Part shown: positions 1 through 11,837 of the stretch, piece after piece
Position numbering within the stretch: the first letter of the stretch is position 1
Layout: each line of letters begins with the position of its first letter
The notes under the pieces: generated by a model
The model's input: the letters and a program-made list of their open reading frames with translations, nothing else
Databases searched by the model: none
Told to the model about the DNA's origin: nothing
Position numbers and translations under genes: made by a program
Origin: Octopus sinensis
Lineage: Eukaryota
DNA length: 64,000 nt
Reading direction: 5' to 3'
Assembly: GCF_006345805.1 (NCBI RefSeq)
Contig: NC_042999.1
Location: forward strand, 91,016,001-91,080,000

Positions 1-5
1 TATCA

Positions 6-384
6 TTTCTTTTAACTTTTATTTTATCAGTCATTAGACTGCGGCCATGCTGGGGCACCGTCTTGAAGAGTTTTAGCTGAATGAATCGACTCCAGTATTT
101 CTTTCTTAAGCCCGATACTTATTCTATGGGTTCCATGCTGAATCGCGAACACACCAGCACCGGTTGTCAAGCGGTGGTGGGGCTACAAACACAAACAAAA
201 AGACACACACGCGCGCACACACATATTTATATACGATGGGCTTCTTTCTGTTTCCGTTTACCAAATCCCCTCACAATCGGCCCAAGACTATAGTGGAAGA
301 TACTTTGCCAAGGTGCCATGCCGTAGGACTCAAGCGGGAACAATGTAGTTGGGAAGCAAGCTTCTAAACCACACAGCCACAGCC
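6..384 (-). mobile_element. tRNA-derived SINE, CORE-like family (composite); same family at 48850-49247 (-) and 63138-63300 (+)
   Basis: Sense head GTGGCTGTGTGGT.AGAAGCTTGCTTCCCAAC.ACAT.GTT, followed by GGCACCTTGG.CAAGT.TCTTC.ACTATAG (CORE-like). Three similar copies in the window. Confidence 0.8.
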
Positions 385-2807
385 TTTTGGATATCTATAT
401 AGAGTATACATCAGATGAATTGAAGACCCTAGCGATATTCCTTAATGAAACTTCATGCATCAAGGAAATACTTTTAAAAAGTAATTCAATTTCAGAGAAA
501 CTACAGCTTAGTATATTTTGCTACGCTTGGTATCATTGAACAACATAATCATGACAAGCCACTCTTACCAGCTGAGCAATTTCAATTATTTAAATTATGT
601 GTATCTAAATATTTCTAAAACTGTTGTCTCTCATTCGTAAAATGTCATGAACAATATGCTTGAGTTAATAACAATTAAATAATCGACATTTCATCATCTA
701 GATAAAGATTTTTAATTCCGATAGTATGTGGTCAGTCGTCAGATAATTGTTTTTTTAATTAATAACAGTTCATGAATATCTAAGACTTAGCAAAAATCTT
801 GCTCTTCTACAGCACGTGTACCACTTAATTGTTGCTGCTAATTCTAGCATTGCAGAAGTTACGTTTTTCAAAAAATAAAAAAAAAGCAGCATAAATTTCT
901 GTTTACTCCTCCAATTAAATCATGTTTGTGGAACCATATAATTTTATATTCAATAATGTTTAATTTAATAAATTAAGAATTATTGCATTTAAAATTACTT
1001 TATTGAAACAATTCTAACATATATTGTATTATTCATATAGAATCTGAATACATAGAAAGTAGCTCTTTTATTTACAGTTTCAAAAAGAATCTCTGCAGAA
1101 TCTCCATTTATGAGTCTCAGCTTGCATGATTAAATATTATCAAATTAAAAGCTGTTTTCGATATTAGAATGAATTTTGTTACTTTTACCTCTCCGAGTGT
1201 GCCGGTAATCACTAAGGCAATGTTTGACTGTCATAACTACTGAATAAATTCCTTCCAATCGCGTCATCAACATCTGCCCAAGGTGGTCGCTCGACGTGCG
1301 AAACATTGTAAATCACCCCTACTCTCTTAAAGATGAAGGAAAGAATATTTCTATGCTTGATTACACTATATTTAAATAAGGCAGTATGTTCAAAGCAAGG
1401 ATAGTTTGCTTTAAAGGTCATCACTTCTGGCGACGAAATATCCTTTCGAAATCCTTTCAAAACTCCCTATTATAATTGTAAGCGCTTTCCTATGATTTCT
1501 ATGCGTCCACTGAACAGCACAATTCACATTCCAACGGTAACCAAGTATTCTTTTATAATATTCCATGAATATTATGTACAATTATTATTCTCTATAGAGT
1601 TAAAATTAAGCAATCAACAGTTTGAAGGAAATATGTTTACGCTCATAATTGAAAGCATCATCTATAAGCTTCAGCAGACAAAACTTTCAATGCTTATCCT
1701 ATTACCACAACAAATATTAATGTCCACGGTGAAGTTAGATTTTGGTGAGAAATTATCTAATTGTTCTAAAGAAGGACGTGAAGTGCAAAACCATCACATT
1801 TTCTATTCACAAGGCTCCAGAGATTATCGTCTTGCCTAAAACAACGAATGTTGTGGGAAATATTATTTAGCTCTTACTCCATACACTTTGAAATTAAAAT
1901 CAAGTAAGATCATATATGCCTGCGATACTTGTGAAATTTATGAAATAAGAACCATAAAATTAGCTTTAAGATACTGGAATATAATCTACTGTAGATATTA
2001 CTCAACATATTCGTGGTCTTGTTCTAATTTACGAAATAAATTATTTCTTATCTCTAGGCATACTACCAAATTCTCAGAGGCAGGAGTTAATAATTTATTA
2101 TTAATATAAATTTCTATACTGATTGTTTTCTTTTATACAACATAATCAATCCCCGTAGACTATATTACAACTAAAATTGCAAAAATGCTAATATATCTGG
2201 GAGAAATCTGTTACAAATGTTTCAGGGATATTGATTAAGTTTCTTGCCAGGTTTAGAGATATAGACTAAATGATAAATGTTTTACTCTAGATGTTACTTA
2301 GGTAAGTTATATTCTTCGATGGGTGATACTTTACTTCATTTCCGTCAGTAATAACTTGAAGATGGACATAAATATTACAAAGCCTTACTTCTTCAACACT
2401 ATAGATCTGAAATATAGTTCGTTGTCAGCTAGAAACCATCATGAATTCAGTAAATTTGATATCAGATCTTCAACTAAGTGGAAGTAAATATTTCAACCTG
2501 CATGCTGTTAGAGTTAGAACATTACAGTATTATTTAAGGAAAATGTCACCAAGTTATTGAAGAGAAAAACCAAGAGTTTGTTCACTTAAAGCTTCCTTGT
2601 AAAATACTACCAATAAAAATAAGGGAAATCGACTTCGGCTGAGCTTCAAACCATACTGTATATTCAATTTATGTTTTCTTTTAAAAAAATTACTATATTA
2701 TAACAAGGAATAATGTTCCATACGTGAAATCAATAGTGGCATGATAGGTTGCAATTTAAAATACGGGTTGATTAGATATATATATCACACATATATATTC
2801 AGTTATA

Positions 2808-2952
2808 CAGGATGATCAAAACGTCTCTCCGCAGTGAATTTTTCCATCATGTTCATGCGCTACTTAGCTATCACTGCGTGGGCGCCCGAGTGTCAGCCTT
2901 TGTCCCTCAGTCCTTAAAATACTTACTGCGGAGAAACTTTTTGAACACTCTG
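2808..2952. mobile_element. Tc1/mariner-type MITE
   Basis: Imperfect TIRs CAGGATGATCAAAACGTCTCTCCGCAGT / ACTGCGGAGAAACTTTTTGAACACTCTG, flanked by TA on both sides. Confidence 0.8.
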
Positions 2953-3537
2953 TATTTCCAATTGTTTCTTTATACACGCCTAACTATTTGTATTTCTTTC
3001 TATATCAACTGCATCGATCTCACCAGTATTGATGTGGCTGCGAAGTGCATGCTGAATGAATAATTTATCTACCTACCTACCTATCTATCTATCTATCTAT
3101 ACATACATACATACATATTTTATACATACGTATATAAGTATATGTGCGTCTATATATACATACATATATATATACATACATATATATATACATACATATA
3201 TATATAAATATATAAATATAAATATATCAAGAATATGAAACCCACTTCAAGAGATATTAACATCCATATAAGAATATATATATATACTATTAGCAAAATA
3301 TTCGGAAGCGAATATTTGTAAAATATTAATATCGCCATTATTATCGGAGGCAATATAAATATTTGATAAAAGCGATATTAAAATAGGTGGGTGCAAGCCT
3401 AAAATATAGCATTATATAACTAAAGAAGTAAAATTATATTAATCATAAGGACACATTACAATCTCCATCCGCAAATAATAAGGGTTTCGACTCTTATTTT
3501 CTAGCGAGTAGACATTTAATGTGTCCTTATAATTAAA

Positions 3538-3591
<54 letters not shown>

Positions 3592-4750
3592 TTTATATAT
3601 ATATGTATATGTATATGTATATATATGCAGTGTTTTGGTTAAAATGAAGATAATAGGTTACCAATGCAAAGTTGCAATACAATTTAATAGCTGAAAGGAC
3701 CATGATAATTCAGTTCTTAAACTCTGGCGTGATAGATGACAAAGATGTACTATTGCCCAATGTCTTGTAGCTATAGTTCTTACTTCCTTAAAGGTAATGT
3801 TACATAAGCATATAAATATATAATCAGGCATGAATATACACACATACACAAACACAAACATGCACACGCACGCACACACTCGCGTGTGTGCGGGAACACT
3901 ATATATATCATTGTTTATTTTTTAAATCAAGAATATCACTAAAGCAGAATCTGGTAGATTAAAGAAATAACATGAATAGATGTTGTTAGCTCATACAATA
4001 AACTCTTTTGAAAGAGAGAACATATTGTTTAAGCATCAGATAGTAAAATGAAAGATCAAATATTCCATTATAAATTTTAAAGAATAAAATAAGTTGTAAA
4101 AATGAATTTACTTCGGAATAAATTTACTTCGTATGCCTTCCTACAGAGAATTAGACAGAAAGGATTGATGAAATTCAATGACTATCCACCCTCAATTGGA
4201 TTCAAAAGCAGAATATGAATCGCAAATTTTAATCCAAATATTTAACGTTTCAATCCTCTACTGATGCAATTTTTGTTCGCTTAGTTTATTTTCATGCAAC
4301 AGGATCGTGTTTCTTTATAAAGGTCTTGCATTTGTATTGATTTCACGAATCCTGAATATCTTGTAGCGTAAGCTATTTAAAAAATATGAAAAAGAAAAAA
4401 ATTCTTTTATGCGTTTTATGAAACAAATTATATTATGCATCGCTATATAAATGGAAACCTTGATACATGATTTCATCTTTAACCGTCATAGAAATACGGT
4501 TTGCTATTATCTAGGATTGAAGCCTCCTACTCAAACCTTCTTCCTGATCTTGCGTTAAAATATATTTTGATTCTATATAATCCTATTGACAATTCTAGCT
4601 AGTAAGAAAAATAAATATTTTCACATTTCAAGTTTCGGTGATTTGACATGGTTTTACTTGTTGGTTCTAGAGAAAGTAGTATCCTTGACTTTTGGAGGTC
4701 ATTCTAGAATGATTGTTTTGAAGTCATTAGTATTTCCCTTGAACATTTAG

Positions 4751-4862
4751 GAGTCGACACTTGCGAGAAAGACATGAGCAGGGAAAGAATTCCGAATGTA
4801 AGATTTTCTACGACAGAAAAACAGATTGTGGATATCCGTACAGAGTCTACGGTATTGGAAGC
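4751..4862 (+). CDS. Candidate exon of unidentified gene: (G)VDTCEKDMSRERIPNVRFSTTEKQIVDIRTESTVLE(A)
   Basis: Acceptor cccttgaacatttAG, donor GC|GTAAGG, open frame (phase 1 to 2). No family recognised. Confidence 0.35.
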
Positions 4863-5327
4863 GTAAGGATATAACAAAAATCAAAGGTAGAATTTTAACA
4901 TTTTCAGTACTTTGAATATATAATATGTAAGGAAAGTATTTTTACACTGTGTTAGAATTAGTTTTTAATCACCAAATGCAGTAAATTATATTTTTCTTTC
5001 TTTCTTCCCCTTTTCTTTATGTGTTTCTTTCATTCTCTCTTTCTTTACATATTTTCTCCCCATACGCATTTACGTGTGTTCGTATATATATGTTTGTGTA
5101 TAAAGTGTATGTATATATGTATGTACATATGTATATATATATTTTCAAGACCAACGCATTCGCGCCAAACAGAATTAGTCAGAAAATTATCAATTCTGAG
5201 ATTGAAACGGCAGTTTATATTTGCTGCCGATAAGTTTGGCGCGAATGCGTTGGTCTTGAAAATTTTAAGACGGATATTCCCGAGGCATTGATACAGTAGC
5301 CTCGTGTATATCCGTCTCTCCCAGGTT

Positions 5328-5428
5328 TCTTTTACTGATGAAGTGTGACCTATGGTAGACTAGCTTAATTTAATTTAATTAAGTTGGTCTATCATTAAAG
5401 ACACCGAAACGATGCATCGTATAAAAGA
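5328..5428 (+). ncRNA. Type I hammerhead ribozyme, copy 1 (predicted cleavage 3' of GUA at 5421)
   Basis: Stem I TCTTTTA(5328-34)/TAAAAGA(5422-28); core CTGATGA(5335-41); long stem II (GTGT/ACAC plus ATGGTAGACTAGCTTAATT/AATTAAGTTGGTCTATCAT); GAAA(5406-09); palindromic stem III CGAT-GC-ATCG; triplet GTA. Confidence 0.85.
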
Positions 5429-5800
5429 TGAATTAGGGTAAATGTTTTTAAATTTTCACCTTATTTCCGAATTACACTACTTGGCGGTTGGAGTTCTGGC
5501 TGCTCTTTCTGGTGGACGAATGGCCTGTTTAGGCCATTCCTAAATTGTTATATTTATCTATTTAGTCTTTGACTATTTTCTCTTTTCCACCAGGCCGCTG
5601 GTAGCGATAAATTTTTACTGAATTTTTTGCTACCCTAAATTGATTAATTGATAATTTTCTGACTAATTCTGAGATTGAATCGGCAGTTTATATTTGCTGC
5701 CGATAAGTTTGGCGCGAATGCGTTGGTCTTGAAAATTTTAAGACGGATATTCCCGAGGCATTGATACAGTAGCCTCGTGTATATCCGTCTCTCCCAGGTT

Positions 5801-5901
5801 TCTTTTACTGATGAAGTGTGACCTATGGTAGACTAGCTTAATTTAATTTAATTAAGCTGGTCTATCATTAAAGACACCGAAACGATGCATCGTATAAAAG
5901 A
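5801..5901 (+). ncRNA. Type I hammerhead ribozyme, copy 2 (predicted cleavage 3' of GUA at 5894)
   Basis: Same architecture as copy 1, with CTGATGA at 5808-14. The T>C difference in stem II (AAGTTGG to AAGCTGG) turns a G.U pair into G-C. Confidence 0.85.
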
Positions 5902-6020
5902 TGAATTAGGGTAAATGTTTTTAAATGTTCACCTTATTTCCGAATTACACTACTTGGCGGTTGGAGTTCTGGCTGCTCTTTCTGGTGGACGAATGGCCTG
6001 TTTAGGCCATTCCTAAATTG

Positions 6021-6058
<38 letters not shown>

Positions 6059-6112
6059 GTATATATATGTATATATGTGTATATATGTAAGCCTGTATGT
6101 ATGCATCGTCTG

Positions 6113-6182
<70 letters not shown>

Positions 6183-6206
6183 AATTTATCTCTCTCTCTC
6201 TATCTC

Positions 6207-6242
<36 letters not shown>

Positions 6243-7258
6243 AATTAGAAAACTTGTGGTTTGTATGTATGTAAGCATGTATACGCGTGCGCACACACAC
6301 ACATATACATGCATTTATATGTGTATGCGTATATCTATATATGTGTGAATGTGAATATATGAATATGCATTTTACTCTATATCTGTTCGACCGATCCTTT
6401 TTTCACTATATTGGTCTCGTTGATATGTATTTCGCTAAGTGCTCCATAGATGGCAAAGAAATGAAATCGTTATTACTTTCTGTCTTAATTCGTTTCATTC
6501 CGTTATCCCCATTGCCTATATCACATTTCTATGATCGATACATGTCAATAAGAAAAATATACGACGATTGGTTCAACCCACTTTCTACAGAAATTTTTTT
6601 ATGCCTTGATGAATGATGTTCATATAATTCCAGTTGACTTTTTCTTATTGCTTGGCTTAGATAAATTCTGATTGACTCGCTATGTGATCGAAGGCGTTTT
6701 AGCCATTGGTACTCTTTTTGTTTCAAAGAGTGTATCGCTTTTTAGTTCAGTTATATTGTACTTCAATTTAGAAAGGTAGTCGGCTGTCATTTGAAGGAAG
6801 TTTGGAAGTCTTTGTAGCGGATCGAGTGGTTATACGCTTGGTTCAATATTTATTTACAGTCAGGTTTATAGATTTTACCGGGATATTTACAAAACCTATA
6901 TAAATTCACACATGAGTATGGTTAATTGTATTTATTAGCTACTAAATATAAAAATGGCAATTAGCGTCGTATTCTGTTTTTGTCGATTTGAAACCCTGTA
7001 CCGAACATCAGTGTTGCTCCTATCGATTCAAACTCAGATGAGTGAGTTCTTCTTAATGAGTACTTGGCAGTTTTTCGAATCTATTTGCAGATCATTCACT
7101 CATTCACTAAATATTCCAAGCATTTTGATTTTAACCGACTACCAAAATAAAGTATATTTCAAGAAACAGGGTTGAACGTGACAAAAATCACTGAACATTT
7201 AAGCCGTGAAGCTAATTTCCTTTTAATTTACTCTATATCAGTCTGTTCCAAATCAAAG

Positions 7259-7315
<57 letters not shown>

Positions 7316-7651
7316 ATATATATATGCGTATATCTCAACATTAGATCGAATTCTGTCGCAACGATCTTCAATTACCTCATAATTGAATACTTTAATATAA
7401 AAGTTAATCACACTTTTGTTGTTTCACCGTAGATATCTAGTTTTCTATATAATTTCTTGCATTGGTTCCTGTATTATATTTTATAACTATGATAACAGTA
7501 GCACCACTTAATATATGAAGCTCGTGTACATTACATGCTCAACACAGCCATGCGATTTCCACTCATGCCAATCACTCTCCTTTAATTTCATTGTGTGATG
7601 CATTGGATCTACACTGGATGTAAAGGTGTAACAAATATTGTTTGACCACAG

Positions 7652-7719
7652 GCATTTTCGCCGCAATAGCTTATTATTTATTTGAATGCTGCTTTCGGTC
7701 GTATTTTCATTGTGTGAAG
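7652..7719 (+). CDS. Candidate exon: IFAAIAYYLFECCFRSYFHCVK
   Basis: ccacAG acceptor, AAG|GTAGAA donor; phase-compatible with 7913-7976. Confidence 0.3.
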
Positions 7720-7912
7720 GTAGAAATACCCAATCATATAAATTGATACTGCAACAACATTAGTCATTTGTATATGTCCAGTTTCTTCATAACTTCTGTT
7801 CTGGCACACTGAAGCCATGTATTATTCAACGAAGAAATATAGGTTGTTGAAGTTGGAAGTCCATAATTTCCGGTTGCTCAAGATATACATGAAGCAAACA
7901 CAACTTTTATAG

Positions 7913-7976
7913 GTATGGGTACTATATTATGTCTCTTATTTGTGTGGGAAGTTGAATCGCTCGGAGCGTAGACAAG
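7913..7976 (+). CDS. Candidate exon: VWVLYYVSYLCGKLNRSERRQ
   Basis: cttttatAG acceptor, AAG|GTATGT donor; phase 0 to 1. Confidence 0.3.
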
Positions 7977-8295
7977 GTATGTTCTGGTACTGGCGGAGCA
8001 ATCATTTACTATTAAATTCAATTGTTTACCAAGCTTACACTGCTCATTAATCAAAATATTATGAAACGAAAGTGCTACGATATACCGCGTCTCCTTCCCT
8101 ATATACATGTTCCTTTCTCTGATATGATTCATTATATTAATGGATAACCTATTTTAATTTTTTCTGTTCCTACAAATTCACTTAAGGCACAATGTAAACG
8201 CTAATATTAGAGCTACAGAAACACACACATATATATATATATATATACACATTCAAGCACGAATATGTGTGTGTGTGTGTGCCACTGTACAACAG

Positions 8296-8390
<95 letters not shown>

Positions 8391-9218
8391 AATCTCTATC
8401 TTTCTACATCTATATATATGTATGTATATATAATTATACATGCACATAAGTACACACACACAGACACACTCACACACACACTCACTCACACACAAACACT
8501 CACACACACACACATATTATATTATATATCATGAGAGGGAGATAGAGAGAGATACATAGAAAATTAGTAAATTGTCAATTGGAAGATCCATTAAAACGTC
8601 GGATAAAATACCTTACAGTTCTTGATTCGAACCTTCCTATGCATTCTAAGTTCAAATCAGACACTGTCATCTTCGCCTTTCATTGTTTCAGAGCCGAAAC
8701 AAATAGCATCATAGTAAAAGGCGATAGACCTACAAAAGTATTGGAGCGTCCGACGGGAGTCCTTGTGGGATTTTATCCAATTTTTTTGGGGTTCTGATAT
8801 CAACTGATACGATACTAGTTATTACATGCTATAATGGTCCTGACATTAGGAAACCGTGAGGCGCTGAAAGGTGTGCCGTGAATACATTAAAAAGTGCTAG
8901 TCAAAGCAAAATACTTTTAACCAAGTTTCTGTCTTGCTAATAAAATTCAACAAATTTTCTGACCTTGTATCTGTTAGAAATCATCATTTTTATGTTTGTG
9001 TGTGTGGAGGGGATGTTTGAACAATTTTTTTTTTTTATTTGAAGGAAAGCATTTTTAAGTTATCGAATTATCTGAATATGTATTATATCGTTTCTATAGA
9101 TAACTTCAGTATTTGAACATCATATCTTGCTCAAACAAGAGTCTATATTCTTATTACACCAAAATTTACACAAGTACAAACACAATATTCATTATTCTTT
9201 TTTGATTTAAACTCTCAG

Positions 9219-9292
9219 ATTATCTTACTAGGTATGATGGAAAGTGTCAGCTGACCACAGCCAGCAGACTTAAGGTGACACCAGTATACTGA
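9219..9292 (+). CDS. Candidate (possibly terminal) exon: (D)YLTRYDGKCQLTTASRLKVTPVY*
   Basis: tttttgatttaaactctcAG acceptor; phase 1 start matches the preceding candidate. Confidence 0.3.
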
Positions 9293-9552
9293 TCATGCTT
9301 CAAGAATCCTGCGGAGGACACTTGCAGTTCCGAGCAATGATGATTTCTGCAGCTGTTCTATCTTTACATATGTACCAATCTTTTTGAGCTTTGCCGGTAG
9401 TTGAGTGCTGATACTTCCAAGCGCGCCAATTATTACTAGTATCACGACCCCTCCCTTCATTGCCCGCAGCCTTTGTATTTCCTACTTCAAATTGTCATAG
9501 CTGTTCAGTTTTTCTTTTTCTTTCTCTTTGATTCTGTTGTCACTGCGACATG

Positions 9553-9940
9553 AATGGAAGCACTCCGTCGGTTACGACGATGAGGGTTCCGGTTGATCCG
9601 AATCAACGGAACAGCCTGCTCGTGAAATTAACGTGTAAGTGGCTGAGCACCCCACAGACACGTGTGCTCTTAACGTAGCTCTCGAGGATATTCAGCATGA
9701 CACAGAGAGTGACAAGGCCGGCCCTTTGAAATACAGGTACAACAGAAACAGGAAGTAAGACTGAGAGAAAGTTGTGGTGAAAGAGTACAGCAGGGATCAC
9801 CACCATCCCCTGCCGGAGCCTCGTGGAGCTTTAGGTGTTTTCGCTCAATAAACACTCACAACGTCCGGTCTGGGAATCGAAACCGCGATCCTATGACCGC
9901 GAGTCCGCTGCCCTAACCACTGGGCCATTGCGCCTCCTTT
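9553..9940 (-). mobile_element. Full-length tRNA-derived SINE with target-site duplication
   Basis: Minus-strand head GGAGGCGCAATGGCCCAGTGGTTAGGGCAGCGGACTCGCGGTC..GGTTTCGATTCCC (A and B boxes). ACTGCGACATG is duplicated at 9542-9552 and 9941-9951. Confidence 0.9.
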
Positions 9941-10599
9941 ACTGCGACATGCTATGGCGATTACTGTGCAAGTTTTTTTCTTCTTTTTTATTCACAACAA
10001 CAATATCTGGTTTCCGATGTCTAATTTGATCTGATGGTCACACTGAATAATTGCATCCCACAGGACTTTGGAATCTTCATTCTCGGTAACTTCATCTGGG
10101 ATTTGGTCATATCACTCTTCATAGTCCGTGGTTTCTACAGAGCTACCAATAGATCATTCTTGCCACATTGTCATGTCATCTTTTATATAATCGCGTTGTG
10201 CCAATTTCGGACATTCGCTAACAATGTACTATAGCGTTTCACTCCTCTGACCATACATACTGCATTTTTCGCTCTAGGTTGTGCTGTCAGTTCTGCACAT
10301 AGTTAACGGTTGTTCTTGAGTGCTTTTGACTCTATCTTCAGGTCACTCCTACGCATCCATAACCACTGGTCTTCGATATCTGTCTTGCAAATAATCCATA
10401 CATTATTTTTCATTCCATGCTATTTCTTTTTTTGAGTTCTTTTCTCTGTTAAGCTTTTCTTCCTTTACACAATTATCAATTGCTAATGGTACCAGACTTC
10501 TGCACCTGCTTTAGAAATGACCCCACCTCATCTACACAATGTTGGCAACTGATAAAACCTCTCAATACTCCTTTCTACTGGAGGCACAAGGCGGCACAT

Positions 10600-10780
10600 T
10601 TATTGGGAGGGGGCTATTCGATTAGATTGACCCCAGTATTTCACTGGTACTTAATTTATCGCCCCCGGAAGGGTGAAAGGCAAAGTCAACCTGGGTGGAA
10701 TTTGAATTCAGAACGTAGTGACAGGCGAAATGCCGCTAAGCATTTCTCCAAGCGTGCTAACGATTCTGCCAAGATGCCGC
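10600..10780 (-). mobile_element. Diverged SINE of the 30445 family; other diverged copies at ~14770-14958(-), 20475-20660(+), 26760-27150(+, two), 46443-46660(+), 56270-56722(-, two), 56790-56890(+)
   Basis: Recurring CTGGTACTTAATTTATCG.CCCC.GAA.GG.TGAAAGGCAAAGTC.ACC block and GAACTCAGAAC B-box complement. Confidence 0.75.
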
Positions 10781-11039
10781 TTTAGTAACAAGAAGAAGAG
10801 AAAGAAGAAAAAGAAGAAGAAGAAGAAGAAGAAGAAGACGAAGAAGAAGAAGACGAAAAGAAGAAGAAGAAGAAGAAGAAGAAGAAGAACAACAACAACA
10901 ACAACAACAACAATAACAACAACAACGACAACAACAACATGAAGAACGATACACGCCGAAAATGTGATGCATCCACTAACATTTAAAAACAAAATAAAGA
11001 ACAAAGAATAAACAATTGGAAAATGAAAATAATGCATAG

Positions 11040-11804
11040 ACAATATCTCAGAGAAATCAAGGGCAAGACAGGACCAGCACCTAGCTATGGCTAAGAAAAT
11101 GTTATCTGAAAGGAGGCACTGAGGCACTGATATGCAGCGTTCAGGAACAAGTTCTGTGAACTAATTACACCATGTTCGAAATAGATGAGAGCGGTGAATC
11201 ACCTCTTTGTAGGATGTTTGGCCGCAAAAACGAAACAGTCTTAAATATTGTGATTGAGTGTAGCAAGCTCTCCCAAAAGCACTACAAAAGGAAGCACGAT
11301 AATTTGTTCACTGATGACTGCGTGAAAAATACAGTCTGGGCAGAACACGGAAATGGTACAAACATGAACAGATGAAACATTGTTGTAGTAGATAAAATTA
11401 AAAAAGAAAACAAGATCATAGATATACCTTGGGATATACGCATAGAAGACAAAGAGCTGGAAAAGATGGGAAAATACAGACGACTATAAGTTGCAAGAAT
11501 GGGGCAATGAGTAGAGTAACTATTATCCCAGTAGTTGTAGGGGCGCTTGGAGCACTAGCAACCAGGTTCGAGAAATATGTAGGAGAAAATGGAATTGACC
11601 TGAGGGCAGAATAGACCCAAATAATTGCTCTGCTGAGGACAGCTAGGATGTTGAGATTAATGCTAGGGTGTTGAGTGTATTCAACGATAAGTTAATATCA
11701 AAGTACCATAAGCTTATAATTTATGGAAAGAGACCCTGTGGGACCTTTGACAACAGGTTGCTGTCCTCTCTCACAGAATCAACCACAGCTAGTAAAACCG
11801 AGAA

Positions 11805-11830
<26 letters not shown>
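11040..11830 (+). mobile_element. R4/Dong-type (RLE) LINE 3' fragment with (CTA)n tail
   Basis: WL....LK..TEALIC..QEQ, SPLCRM.G..NETV.NIV.ECSKLSQKHYKRKHD, IIDIPWD, IIPVVVGALGA; ends in a trinucleotide tail. Confidence 0.8.

Positions 11831-11837
<7 letters not shown>

Larger units (their letters stand above)
5142..6025 (+). mobile_element. Non-autonomous ribozyme-bearing retroelement (retrozyme / Penelope-like pseudo-LTR tandem): inverted 5' piece plus ~1.75 direct units of 473 bp
   Basis: 5192-5552 is repeated almost exactly at 5665-6025 (offset 473). 5142-5170 is the reverse complement of 5234-5262, and 5170-5195 is the reverse complement of 5646-5671. No meaningful ORF. Flanked by TA-rich microsatellite on both sides. 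Each unit holds a hammerhead core. Confidence 0.85.

Noticed and set aside
1196-1460. Minus-strand ORF/exon candidate (RVGVIYNVSHVERPPWADVDDAIG...)
   Set aside because: No recognisable family, an in-frame stop precedes the nearest donor, and no linked exons were found.
8560-8800. 72-aa ORF and partial inverted matches (CGTCGGA/TCCGACG), possible ribozyme relic
   Set aside because: No GAAA-stem III-cleavage triplet arrangement and no recognisable protein; unsupported.
9870-9937. tRNA-like sequences with A/B boxes (here and in other SINE heads)
   Set aside because: No complete cloverleaf or acceptor stem; they continue into SINE bodies, so they are not tRNA genes.
11310-11330. CTGATGA...GAAA resembling a hammerhead core
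   Set aside because: No stem II or stem I pairing, and it lies inside a LINE coding fragment; coincidental.
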